DNA of 64,000 nucleotides, from the IMG/VR virus record IMGVR_UViG_3300043414_000372, positions 32,001 through 96,000 of that record; one strand, written 5' to 3'. Shown here one piece after another: positions 7,860 through 25,644 of this stretch. The stretch is from a virus. Taxonomy: Duplodnaviria > Caudoviricetes. Position numbers and translations under genes: made by a program. Below the pieces are notes generated by a model. The model did no database searches. It saw only the letters and a list, made by a program, of their open reading frames with translations, and had not been told where the DNA came from. Each line of letters opens with the position of its first letter. Position 1 is the stretch's first letter.

Positions 7860-10340
7860 TTAGTATTGCGTTTCATCCGGCAAAATTGTTTGTCTAGGGA
7901 ACAACACATAGAAATCTTTGCTATTTATTGGGTCAGGCACTGGAGTAGCACTGGGCAATCCTGACCATGCAGGTGGACTTAATGTATTTTCCCAATTGTA
8001 AGTGATACTCTTGTTTACCGTAAATCTATCTATATTGAAGTTAATTTGATTAAGAGTATAAGGCCAATTTGTTTCTATATTTGTTTTAACAGATTTGGCG
8101 TATCCTGGTAATGTATAACATATTACCCAAGCCTGAGTATAGCCCAATGTACTACCGTTTTCTTGTTGACTTGTCATCCATAATGGTAGTAATGTACTAT
8201 CAAATACTTGTCCTAGTACATTGGATACTCTAGTACGCATATTATATAAACTGTTTGGATACAATGTTCTAGCATATCCCGGTGTTCTACTTGTATAATA
8301 GCCTGGCGCTAACTCTTTATTATAACTAGTAAAGATATCAGTTATGCTTGTATACCAAGGACCCAAACCCAAGTCAATTGGTACTTGCCAGTATATACTA
8401 CTAGGTACGCTTTGTCCTTGTGGATTGATTAAGTTGTCAATTACTTCACTATATACTACTTCATAGATGATATTACCATTAGCATCTTTAGCTACCGCAG
8501 TTTTTAATTCACCTAATGTTATGTTTCTCCAATAGTGATTTCTAGTAACGGCGGCAATATATTCTTCTAAACCACTAGCGTATATTCCGTAAGCATGTTC
8601 GTAAATGATACTTGTAGCTTTTCCAAAGTTTGAATCATCCGGTCTGTACAATGAATCAGTAGGAATTAAATTTGAGTCATCTAATAATGTGCTCAATATA
8701 TTTCTATCATTAATACTTGGTGCAGCTTGAATATAAAGAATATCAGTTGGTTGACTATAGTTTTGATAAACTGTTACCTCAAATGTTTTACTTGATGTTA
8801 CGACAGGATACGTGGGTGAGTATGCTTGTATTGTAACACTAAAATTTGTAGTGTCCCCGGTATTTAAAAATACATCAGATGGTTGATTAGCAACCACCCC
8901 GGTTATTTCACCGTTAGTTAATAAAGTTAGATTAGGCGGCAATGAACCTGACGTAATTCTGTATAACAACGGTACATCTGAGTCTGCTACAACCTTTAAT
9001 GTACTTAATGTTCCATTGTATATAGTTCCCAAATTTACTGGGGTTATCCAAGTAATGACTCCAGTAATATCTAAACTTAAAGTAAATGCAAAGTTAAAAT
9101 TAACACTAGATATGCTACCATTGTTGATTTTACGAACACTTACAGTAAATCTATAACTGTTGATACCCGGAGAAGCAAGATATGGATCGCCGGTAATCCA
9201 TCCGGTAGTAGTATCACCGGTCAACCAATTTGGTAAATTAGAATATACGTATGTAAGCAATCCGCCATCAAAATCATGTCCTATAACTTTAAATGCAAAA
9301 TAATTATCACTTAAATAATTCCCCATTTGGGCACTTGCAGAAGGTGATACTGGAGGTAAAATATAATAACCATAATATGGATCTGTATCATTTACTGTTA
9401 TTGTTAATGGGCGAGTATTTAATATAGTAGGAATTCTAGTATTAAGTGCTTTGCCCGGGCCACCCTGACTTGATGATAAATTTTGATTGATAACTGTTAT
9501 TGAATAAGACGAGAAATTACCACCCAATGCACTAACTAATTTTAATACAAAATTATAAGTCCTACTAGTAGGTTGTCCTACTGAGACAGAAGGCAATGTT
9601 ACAGTCATTGCACCAGAATCATCAGTCAATTGTAATATACTACCGTTTTGCGTAACAGATATTGCAAATGCATTGTTGGTTATATCTATTTCTCTTATGT
9701 AATATGTCACACCAGCTACAATATTACCAATTGGATTAGTAAATGTCACCGGTCTTCCTATTGTTATACCTAACACTGATATACAATATATATAATCAGT
9801 TGATGCAGTTGTAGTCAACCCAACTGTAGTTATTAATGGTAAATTAACTGAGGTTGTAGGTGGTGACGCATAACCCTGTATCATTCCAGTTGGTGATACT
9901 TCAATTCCGGGGGGTAATGATCCTGATTGCAATTCAACGGTTACTACATTATCAGCAGATGGATTAGAATATGTTATTTGTTGTTGAACCCAAATGCTAT
10001 CTTGAGTACTCAATATCAAACCAGATTCTGTAGTGAATTGCGGAATAGCACTTCCAGTAACTGTCATATTAAAAGTTCTATCACGCAAGTTTCCTAAATT
10101 ATCAGTAGCACGAATAGTAAATGCTGTTACTGTATTTTGTGTTACTAGGGTAGGTATACCGGTTAATATACCATTATTTGAATTCAATGTAATATTAGTA
10201 GGCAAATTGCCTGATATTAAAGTATATATTATACTAGTAGCAGGTGCTACTGGCGATGCTGATAAAACAAAGGTCATTGGAAGTCCATAAGGATAACTTC
10301 CTATAGATCCGGCTGACGTATTCCAAGTTGGTTGTGCCAT
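7860..10340 (-). CDS. Baseplate/tail protein with repeated Ig-like domains
   Basis: Repeated SG-x-LP-x-x-x-x-x-x-x-x-G-x-I-x-G motifs typical of putative Ig domains; lies among tail genes. Confidence 0.7.
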   Translation of the reverse strand: MAQPTWNTSAGSIGSYPYGLPMTFVLSASPVAPATSIIYTLISGNLPTNITLNSNNGILTGIPTLVTQNTVTAFTIRATDNLGNLRDRTFNMTVTGSAIPQFTTESGLILSTQDSIWVQQQITYSNPSADNVVTVELQSGSLPPGIEVSPTGMIQGYASPPTTSVNLPLITTVGLTTTASTDYIYCISVLGITIGRPVTFTNPIGNIVAGVTYYIREIDITNNAFAISVTQNGSILQLTDDSGAMTVTLPSVSVGQPTSRTYNFVLKLVSALGGNFSSYSITVINQNLSSSQGGPGKALNTRIPTILNTRPLTITVNDTDPYYGYYILPPVSPSASAQMGNYLSDNYFAFKVIGHDFDGGLLTYVYSNLPNWLTGDTTTGWITGDPYLASPGINSYRFTVSVRKINNGSISSVNFNFAFTLSLDITGVITWITPVNLGTIYNGTLSTLKVVADSDVPLLYRITSGSLPPNLTLLTNGEITGVVANQPSDVFLNTGDTTNFSVTIQAYSPTYPVVTSSKTFEVTVYQNYSQPTDILYIQAAPSINDRNILSTLLDDSNLIPTDSLYRPDDSNFGKATSIIYEHAYGIYASGLEEYIAAVTRNHYWRNITLGELKTAVAKDANGNIIYEVVYSEVIDNLINPQGQSVPSSIYWQVPIDLGLGPWYTSITDIFTSYNKELAPGYYTSRTPGYARTLYPNSLYNMRTRVSNVLGQVFDSTLLPLWMTSQQENGSTLGYTQAWVICYTLPGYAKSVKTNIETNWPYTLNQINFNIDRFTVNKSITYNWENTLSPPAWSGLPSATPVPDPINSKDFYVLFPRQTILPDETQY

Positions 10341-10341
10341 A

Positions 10342-10962
10342 TTAACTTGTTAAATAATGCATCGCTAATTCATAGTGATGCTTTCTATCTTCTAAACCAA
10401 TTGTACCACCATTGATACGTTTAGTTAATGTTACAAAATCACCACTATCACAGTATTGATTTAGTTTGTTATTATCCCAGAACCATCCTGCACTTGCTAC
10501 AGCACCATTTGGTGTTTCTAAGTAAGCTATTGTATCTTCTAAACTCATATTCAAATCTTGTGCGAATTTAGTATAATTAGCACGACCAGTCAATTGAATT
10601 AGTCCACGTCCACAGAAGCGATATCCATCACCTGATTCTTCTGGTCCATTACTCATACGATTAGCATAGACACGATTAGCAATCATTTCTGGCTTTTTAG
10701 CATAATGACTTGCTATTTCATCATTGGGGAAATATTTACCAAATGTACCGCGTAATCCTTTAGCACTATAGTTTAGATTTTCTTTGATAGCAGTAAACCC
10801 ACCAGATTCATGGGCGCATTGTGCTATGAATCCTGCTAGTCTTGACGGATTAACATTCATGTCATAGTATTCAGCCACTGTGTTTAGTGGTTCCAAGTAT
10901 CCCTCAAGCACACTTGCTTTGGTTTTGGGACACATATGTGTTAATAAATCTAGGGTTACCAT
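10342..10962 (-). CDS. Glycoside hydrolase family 19 endolysin
   Basis: AQCAHESGGF, ENLNYSA, GRGLIQLTGRANY, SAGWFW and TKRINGG motifs. Confidence 0.95.
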   Translation of the reverse strand: MVTLDLLTHMCPKTKASVLEGYLEPLNTVAEYYDMNVNPSRLAGFIAQCAHESGGFTAIKENLNYSAKGLRGTFGKYFPNDEIASHYAKKPEMIANRVYANRMSNGPEESGDGYRFCGRGLIQLTGRANYTKFAQDLNMSLEDTIAYLETPNGAVASAGWFWDNNKLNQYCDSGDFVTLTKRINGGTIGLEDRKHHYELAMHYLTS

Positions 10963-10980
10963 AATACTTCCTTATTATAG

Positions 10981-10988
10981 TATTTATC
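10981..10988 (-). promoter_or_regulatory. Late promoter octamer GATAAATA (endolysin)
   Basis: Exact motif upstream of the GH19 gene. Confidence 0.6.
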
Positions 10989-11013
10989 GTTTTGATTGAA
11001 GGTTGTTGATGAC

Positions 11014-11862
11014 TTACATATTCTGTGTATTTGTTGATGGGAATTGACGAGATGTTCCTGGCCAGATAATACGAACTGCACCGGGGATTGCAAAACTATT
11101 TACTCCACCGCGCATACCTCCACCGTATGTATTTAAAACAAATGGATCTGTGGTGTATTTGTTTCCGCCACTACCACCTCCACCGTTTTGACTATCTGCG
11201 ACTCCGGTGTTCATGCCGCCTGCACCATTACTACCTTGTCCTAAAATTCCAACTCCACCTCCAAATCCCCATCCCTGCGGGCCGGCACCACCACCACCAC
11301 CACCGCCCCCTGCGCCAGCTTGTCCGGCACCATTTACACTGTCGGAGTTTTGACCAAATCCATTACCACCTGCGCCTGAATATCCACCAGCACCACCGCC
11401 GCCGCCGCCCCAATAATTACCGTAACCCGGGCTTCCGCCCGCGCCACCGGGATATCCCGTGCCGTAAATAACACTTCCCCCGGCGCCACCACTAGCGGTG
11501 CCAATTGGACTGTCTAATCCTCCACCCGCAGCACATGTAGTAGTATTGAAACTAGCATCACGGACATTAGCACCACTATTAAGTGACGGGACAACAACTG
11601 TATATCCTTGCCCCGGTATTACTGTAAAATTATTTACATATGCCAATGCCCCGCCGCCGCCGCCAGCAAAATAACTATTTGTCCCGTCATAATATCCTGG
11701 ATTCCCTGCACCACCTGCACCTACACAAACAACACTTACACTAGTTACACCGGTAGGTGCAACCCATGTATATGTACCTGGCGTAGTATATGCCTGTTGC
11801 CCGGTTGGTTCTATTACCGCAGTAAATCCCGATATTCTCATTGGTCCAAATGATATTCCCAT
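11014..11862 (-). CDS. Glycine-rich tail/fibre-associated protein
   Basis: YTTPGTYTWVAPTGVTSVSVVCVGAGG start, poly-Gly runs and GAVRIIW end, typical of phage Gly-rich domains. Confidence 0.75.
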   Translation of the reverse strand: MGISFGPMRISGFTAVIEPTGQQAYTTPGTYTWVAPTGVTSVSVVCVGAGGAGNPGYYDGTNSYFAGGGGGALAYVNNFTVIPGQGYTVVVPSLNSGANVRDASFNTTTCAAGGGLDSPIGTASGGAGGSVIYGTGYPGGAGGSPGYGNYWGGGGGGAGGYSGAGGNGFGQNSDSVNGAGQAGAGGGGGGGGAGPQGWGFGGGVGILGQGSNGAGGMNTGVADSQNGGGGSGGNKYTTDPFVLNTYGGGMRGGVNSFAIPGAVRIIWPGTSRQFPSTNTQNM

Positions 11863-11873
11863 ATATTACTTCT

Positions 11874-12260
11874 TTAAGGTTTAGGATATTTTGCTTTAAC
11901 GGCAAGACAAGCATCAATATAAGCCTGTATTTGTGCTTGATCACCTTTGACTATGCCATCAATATAATCGGTCATCGGTGGATATTCTGCGGCTCTATCT
12001 CTTTGGTATTGAGTTTTTGCTAGTTCAGTTTGCATTGCTATATATGAGTCAATTAGTACAGTGGGTGCTTCCTTAGCAACAAACTGACCATCAATATATG
12101 CCCACCCGTAAGGTGCAGAGCCGCTTGGCTCACCTTGAACAATGAATGCCTCCAACGCCGTGTTTTTAAAAACCTGCTCTATGCCGCAGGTGTAGCGGTC
12201 TTCAAGTTCAACAACGTCACCAAAAAATACTACGTTAGTAGCGTTAACTAGGGTACTCAT
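11874..12260 (-). CDS. Small tail-fibre-associated protein (chaperone-like)
   Basis: Follows an adhesin gene; C-terminal YQRDRAAEYPP...VKAKYPKP module common in phage tail clusters. Confidence 0.55.
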   Translation of the reverse strand: MSTLVNATNVVFFGDVVELEDRYTCGIEQVFKNTALEAFIVQGEPSGSAPYGWAYIDGQFVAKEAPTVLIDSYIAMQTELAKTQYQRDRAAEYPPMTDYIDGIVKGDQAQIQAYIDACLAVKAKYPKP

Positions 12261-15103
12261 ACGATTGCTCCTTGGGAGAAGTACACACGGCCTTCATAAA
12301 GTTCATTATTTTGCATTGAACTACCAGTTGCGGTATTTGAGTACATTAAAGCCGCTTTACTTGCTGTTGGGAACGCAACTGGGTTTGGCGTAACTAAAGG
12401 AGTTGCAACGATTGCGAGTGCGCTAGTGATGTTTGTTGTCAAGGGTTTACCAATAATTGGCGTACCGTTGACGATTGTGTATGGGGCAATGTAACCAGCC
12501 GACAAGTAAGTAGCGTTAATGGCATCCCAAGTTCCGACAAAAACAAAACCTTTAGATGCAGAAAGCGGCGACAAAATAGCCAAGTTGTTTCCACCTTGTG
12601 GGGAAGTAGAAAATGCATTTACAGAAAAATTTGTTGAAGCAAAAGTAGGCACTAAGTTTGCCAAATCAACACAAAACATACCTACTGTTCCAGCGCCAGC
12701 ACTAACAGCAATTGCCCTTGTTGAACTTACTGCTACTGCGTAAAAATTACCTCCATAAGTCATAGCAGCACTACTGTTTAGAATTAAAGGCCCATAAACA
12801 GTAGGTAGTTGGAATGTCCATGTTCCACCAGATACGCTAAAACCAATTGCATACATATAGTTAGAAGAACCATTAGTTGCAAAAATAATTCCAGTGGTTG
12901 CGGTTAATGCAACAATGTTACCTCTACCTGCTGTACCTGTACTAAAAGATGTTTGAGTTCCAGCAGTGATAGCTGTACCACTTACTGTAATTGTATTAAC
13001 ATACGCCGATCCTCCAAAACCTGCAACTACCGCTGATGTACTTGATGTCGCCGCAATAGATATGCCATAAGTCATATTTCCTGCAAGAGTTATTACTGGT
13101 GTACCAATCGTTAAAGTAGAACCAGAAATATTTAAAGTAACTGTGTAACCATTTGTGGTAGTTCCATAAGCTATAACACACTGAGTTGATGACAATGCAC
13201 ATATTGCCATTTTGTACCAAGTAGGAGAATTGGCAGTAGTAATTCCAAAATTAATGCTGCTTGTTACCGCATAACTTGTGCCAGTAATCGTAATTAATTT
13301 AGCAACAAGAGGGACTGCTGATAAAGTTGGATCAATATTAGGCTGATAAAGAAGTATTGCTTGTGTCGGACTTATAGAAACAAACGTAGGAACCATATAG
13401 GTGCTGTTAAAGATAGCACTAGAGCCCACTTGACTTCCCACCCACAGTGGGTATGCGGTTCCTACTGAAGAATTACCCCCAGTAATAACATTTGCCGCGC
13501 TGCTACCGGCGTTTCCAACGTACCCAGAGTTATAAGCATAAATGCAAGTTGATGCGCTTGGTGTTGCCACAGCAGGTGCTTGCATAGCACAAGAACCAAC
13601 GATACCGTAGAAAATTTGAGATGAATTAACTATCGTTGTGTTTGATTTCGTGGTAGTTGTTCCACTAATTGTTAAATAATATGAAGTAGGATAAGGTGTA
13701 TAATTGTTGGAAAAAAGCAATGCTTGTGTTGCGGATATTGCAGAAATACTTGGAGCATAATAACTGCCTCCAGAATCAATAAATAACTCATTGCCGGCAG
13801 TAATAGTAAATCCGCTTACACTACAAGTCATTGCATAAAGGGCACCAGCACTATTTGCATAATAAGAAACAATAAATTTTGTTGCGCTTAATGCTGTTAT
13901 TTGTGCAGAAATAGCATAGTTTGCCGAATTGATGGTAAGGCTATTAACATATGTTGTCGTAGTTCCTGATATTGAATAAAGCCCAACGGCAATCTCTGTA
14001 CCAGATGCTGGACTATATACAAAAGCCACTAAAGTAGAGGACAAAGATACACATTGACCTCCCCACGCAGCTGTAGAACCATAGGTTGTTAATCCGTTAT
14101 TTATTGCGCCGTACGTTAAAGTTGAGCCGCTAATTGTTGCAACTAATGCATATTGAGTTCCAGAACCGTATACCCCAGTAGCCATAATCAGTGCCGTAGT
14201 GGCAGTTAACATTGCTATAGATGGGTTATATACATAATAATTATTAGCATTCGTACTCAAAATTGCTATTGATTCTGTGCCAACAGTTATGGTCGTTCCA
14301 GATACTGTAATAGGTACAGCAGAAATACTATTAGGAGTGTTTTGGCCAGAGTTCCAAGCAATAATTCCTGTTGTGGAACTTAACATTTGTATGGTGGCAT
14401 TTTTTCCACCAGAATAATACATTGACCCAGAAACAAATACAGGGGTACTCATCGTAAGTACACCAGAATTGTTTGTAACTACTGCTGCATAAATAGTAGT
14501 CGTACCACTATATGATCCAGTAGTGGCTTTTAACAGGTTAAACACATACACTGCTTGTGTTGAACTAATTGCGGAGATTTGAGTCCCACCACCGGGGTAC
14601 ATATTTCCTTTAGTAATACCTTGTATGCTTGTAATAGAAGGGGCGCTATTAACAATATCAGACGGAAAATTTCCAGTTGTCCAAACACCCGCAGCGGTAG
14701 ACACATCAATTGCCCACATATAGTAGCCAGTGTCTGGGCCAATAGCTAACAGGTAGTTTCCTGCGTTGTCGTTGACAATTAAGGTGTAGGTCTGGCTCAA
14801 ATTTTTGAGCATGAAATTAGCCAGAGTCAAAGCCGATGCAGAAGGTAAAGTGACCGTGATGTCTGCTGTGGGGGTAATTGCTACGTTGTTGCCGCCTACT
14901 GTTGTTGGAAGTGTTAAATCACTTGCTTGTGCGGGGTAATTTACAATACCACCGCTGCCCGGGCCAGTAGCGCCTGCAATACCAGTGGCACCTGTTGGTC
15001 CAGTAGCACCACTTGGCCCAGTAGCACCAGTTGCTCCCTGATCACCAAGACTTGCTGGATCCCATGTGCTTGTGTTTGTGTTATAATATTTTAGTACGGA
15101 CAT
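12257..15103 (-). CDS. Receptor-binding/fibre protein B (short collagen stub plus about 13 beta-propeller-like blades)
   Basis: [13 protein letters not shown] stub; repeated blade motif like I-x-A-L-S-x-T-x-A-I-I-x-Y separated by TISGTTIT linkers. Confidence 0.7.
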   Translation of the reverse strand: MSVLKYYNTNTSTWDPASLGDQGATGATGPSGATGPTGATGIAGATGPGSGGIVNYPAQASDLTLPTTVGGNNVAITPTADITVTLPSASALTLANFMLKNLSQTYTLIVNDNAGNYLLAIGPDTGYYMWAIDVSTAAGVWTTGNFPSDIVNSAPSITSIQGITKGNMYPGGGTQISAISSTQAVYVFNLLKATTGSYSGTTTIYAAVVTNNSGVLTMSTPVFVSGSMYYSGGKNATIQMLSSTTGIIAWNSGQNTPNSISAVPITVSGTTITVGTESIAILSTNANNYYVYNPSIAMLTATTALIMATGVYGSGTQYALVATISGSTLTYGAINNGLTTYGSTAAWGGQCVSLSSTLVAFVYSPASGTEIAVGLYSISGTTTTYVNSLTINSANYAISAQITALSATKFIVSYYANSAGALYAMTCSVSGFTITAGNELFIDSGGSYYAPSISAISATQALLFSNNYTPYPTSYYLTISGTTTTKSNTTIVNSSQIFYGIVGSCAMQAPAVATPSASTCIYAYNSGYVGNAGSSAANVITGGNSSVGTAYPLWVGSQVGSSAIFNSTYMVPTFVSISPTQAILLYQPNIDPTLSAVPLVAKLITITGTSYAVTSSINFGITTANSPTWYKMAICALSSTQCVIAYGTTTNGYTVTLNISGSTLTIGTPVITLAGNMTYGISIAATSSTSAVVAGFGGSAYVNTITVSGTAITAGTQTSFSTGTAGRGNIVALTATTGIIFATNGSSNYMYAIGFSVSGGTWTFQLPTVYGPLILNSSAAMTYGGNFYAVAVSSTRAIAVSAGAGTVGMFCVDLANLVPTFASTNFSVNAFSTSPQGGNNLAILSPLSASKGFVFVGTWDAINATYLSAGYIAPYTIVNGTPIIGKPLTTNITSALAIVATPLVTPNPVAFPTASKAALMYSNTATGSSMQNNELYEGRVYFSQGAIV

Positions 15104-15108
15104 TTATT
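15006..15108. repeat. 103-bp direct repeat, copy 1 (5' end of fibre B)
   Basis: Matches 16855-16957 with 2 mismatches. Confidence 0.95.
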
Positions 15109-15334
15109 CTTTCCAGGCTGGATCTATTGTCCATGTTCCGTTATCGTACAAATATTTATTTCCAACCCAGTCCTCAGGTGGAGTAACGTTTTCAATAAGT
15201 TGAGCATTGGATGCGTTCAAATCACCAATGTCGTAACCTGGCGCATGAACTCGGTCAGTGCCAAAAGTTATGATTTCATTATCATTCCATATATATTTAG
15301 AACGTTTTGTTTCAGTGTGAATTAGTGTTTTCAT
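15104..15334 (-). CDS. Small tail-fibre-associated protein (chaperone-like)
   Basis: 76-aa ORF directly after adhesin A; TPPEDWVGNKYLYDNGTW motif. Confidence 0.6.
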   Translation of the reverse strand: MKTLIHTETKRSKYIWNDNEIITFGTDRVHAPGYDIGDLNASNAQLIENVTPPEDWVGNKYLYDNGTWTIDPAWKE

Positions 15335-15335
15335 T

Positions 15336-16952
15336 TTATCCTTTAACTAGAATGTTTGTTGATGTTAAAGCCAGTCCAGCATACGGTTGTGAACTTGCTG
15401 AAGATGATAGTGTGCCATCTGGAGCAACATAGTATTTAAGACCCGGTGTTAGACTAGATTGTGAATTGTTCGTGCCGCTTACAACATTTATGGTAGCGGT
15501 TTGACCATTTGTATACGCTGCACTAGAAAACCCAAGAAAATTACTAGTGGACAAAGTTCCAGCGTATGCGTTATATCCAACTACAGAAGGATAAAAACTT
15601 CCAGTAGTATTAAGCCCTGCTATAATTATTAAATATAAATTATCAGCAATACAACCTTGAATGCCTTGTCCTGAGATATTAGGCACTATAGATGCATAGT
15701 CTGTTGATGTAAAGGTTGTTCCAGAAATAGATGTTATTACTACAGGAATAGCGCCACAGATAAAAATAATTTTCCCAGAAGCCGAATAATAAAAACCAGT
15801 ATACCCTTGATAACTTGCGTTTCTAGATACGTTTAATGTTGCTGGAGTTCCAAAAGTAATTGTAGACCCCGAAATTGAACCAACAGCAGCATACACTAAA
15901 GACCCCGCCGCTGAACACCAACAAGCCATGACTTTCTGGTCGACAGGAGAGTACGCTAATCCAAATCCATATCTATAACTAGTACCAGACGATGATTGCA
16001 AAACAACTTCTGACCCAACGAAAGTTAACGTTGTTCCCGATAATGTACCTATTCTTACTGTTGGATAATAAGAACTATTAAAACTACCAACAATAAATTT
16101 ATTATTAACAGTATCTTTTGTAATTGCAGTCCACATTGTTTGACCCGTACCATTTATGGCGGTTGTTGTACTTCCTATAGATATAGAAGAAGTTGTAACC
16201 GTAAGAACGGTTGCAGTAGTAGCACTAACACTTGTGTCACACGTAACCCATATTACTTTTTGACTTGCAGAATCATAATAAAGTGATTGTCCATAATTAT
16301 TAGTACTTGTAGTTGATACAGCACCTTGCGCGCCGGCTGTTATGCCTGTGCCAGATGTATAAGCGCATATAACATAAGGATAACTATCAGAATTTTGACT
16401 AAAAGCAAACATATGCTGAGAAATGTGCGATATGAATGTTGCTCCTGTTCCTGTTCCTGAACCTAAACTTACATTATTTGAATAAATTACTACAGGAGTA
16501 CCAAATGTAATACTGTTTGAGGTAACAATACCAGCCGCAGCCATTAAATACAAGGTAGTAGGCTGCATATACCAAACTACAACAGTATTTTTAACCGGGT
16601 CATAAGAAGCATTTATAAAAGAAACATATCCGTTAGCCGCCGATGTTGTTGACGCATAGGTGAGACCAACGCCTACGGTAGCCGCAGATGATGTGATGGC
16701 AGGTACGCTCACCGTACCATCGCTATTCAAGATAACAGTCGCACCATTTCCCAATGTGCCTGATGCCACAGCGGTGACAGTTCCTGCTGATGCACCAGTA
16801 GCGCCTGCAGGACCTGTAGCGCCAGTTGTACCGTTTGACCCAGTAGCGCCAGTTGCACCACTTGGTCCAGTAGCACCAGTCGCTCCCTGATCACCAAGAC
16901 TTGCTGGATCCCATGTGCTTGTGTTTGTGTTATAATATTTTAGTACGGACAT
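15336..16952 (-). CDS. Receptor-binding/fibre protein A (collagen stub plus about 7 propeller-like blades)
   Basis: Same first 35 aa as 12257..15103; blades such as SYDPVKNTVVVWY, YYDSASQKVIWV and AYSPVDQKVMACW. Confidence 0.7.
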   Translation of the reverse strand: MSVLKYYNTNTSTWDPASLGDQGATGATGPSGATGATGSNGTTGATGPAGATGASAGTVTAVASGTLGNGATVILNSDGTVSVPAITSSAATVGVGLTYASTTSAANGYVSFINASYDPVKNTVVVWYMQPTTLYLMAAAGIVTSNSITFGTPVVIYSNNVSLGSGTGTGATFISHISQHMFAFSQNSDSYPYVICAYTSGTGITAGAQGAVSTTSTNNYGQSLYYDSASQKVIWVTCDTSVSATTATVLTVTTSSISIGSTTTAINGTGQTMWTAITKDTVNNKFIVGSFNSSYYPTVRIGTLSGTTLTFVGSEVVLQSSSGTSYRYGFGLAYSPVDQKVMACWCSAAGSLVYAAVGSISGSTITFGTPATLNVSRNASYQGYTGFYYSASGKIIFICGAIPVVITSISGTTFTSTDYASIVPNISGQGIQGCIADNLYLIIIAGLNTTGSFYPSVVGYNAYAGTLSTSNFLGFSSAAYTNGQTATINVVSGTNNSQSSLTPGLKYYVAPDGTLSSSASSQPYAGLALTSTNILVKG

Positions 16953-16957
16953 TTATT
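16855..16957. repeat. 103-bp direct repeat, copy 2 (5' end of fibre A)
   Basis: Matches 15006-15108 with 2 mismatches. Confidence 0.95.
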
Positions 16958-16969
16958 AATCTACTCTAT

Positions 16970-25546
<8,577 letters not shown>

Positions 25547-25569
25547 GTTAGTGTTACCTATTTATAATG

Positions 25570-25577
25570 TATTTATC
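25570..25577 (-). promoter_or_regulatory. Late promoter octamer GATAAATA
   Basis: Exact motif upstream of the giant fibre gene; a TATAAATA lies just downstream. Confidence 0.65.
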
Positions 25578-25599
25578 GTTATTTAAGAAACGGTGACCC

Positions 25600-25630
25600 A
25601 AAAAAATACCCGACTACTGCCGGGTATTTT
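25600..25630 (-). terminator. Intrinsic terminator
   Basis: aaaatacccg/cgggtatttt 10-bp stem followed by a U-tract on the minus strand. Confidence 0.8.
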
Positions 25631-25644
25631 AAATTACGATTCTA

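Noticed and set aside
15006-16957. 103-bp repeat pair as DGR template and variable repeats
   Set aside because: They are N-terminal, carry only two synonymous changes in opposite directions, and no reverse transcriptase is in the window
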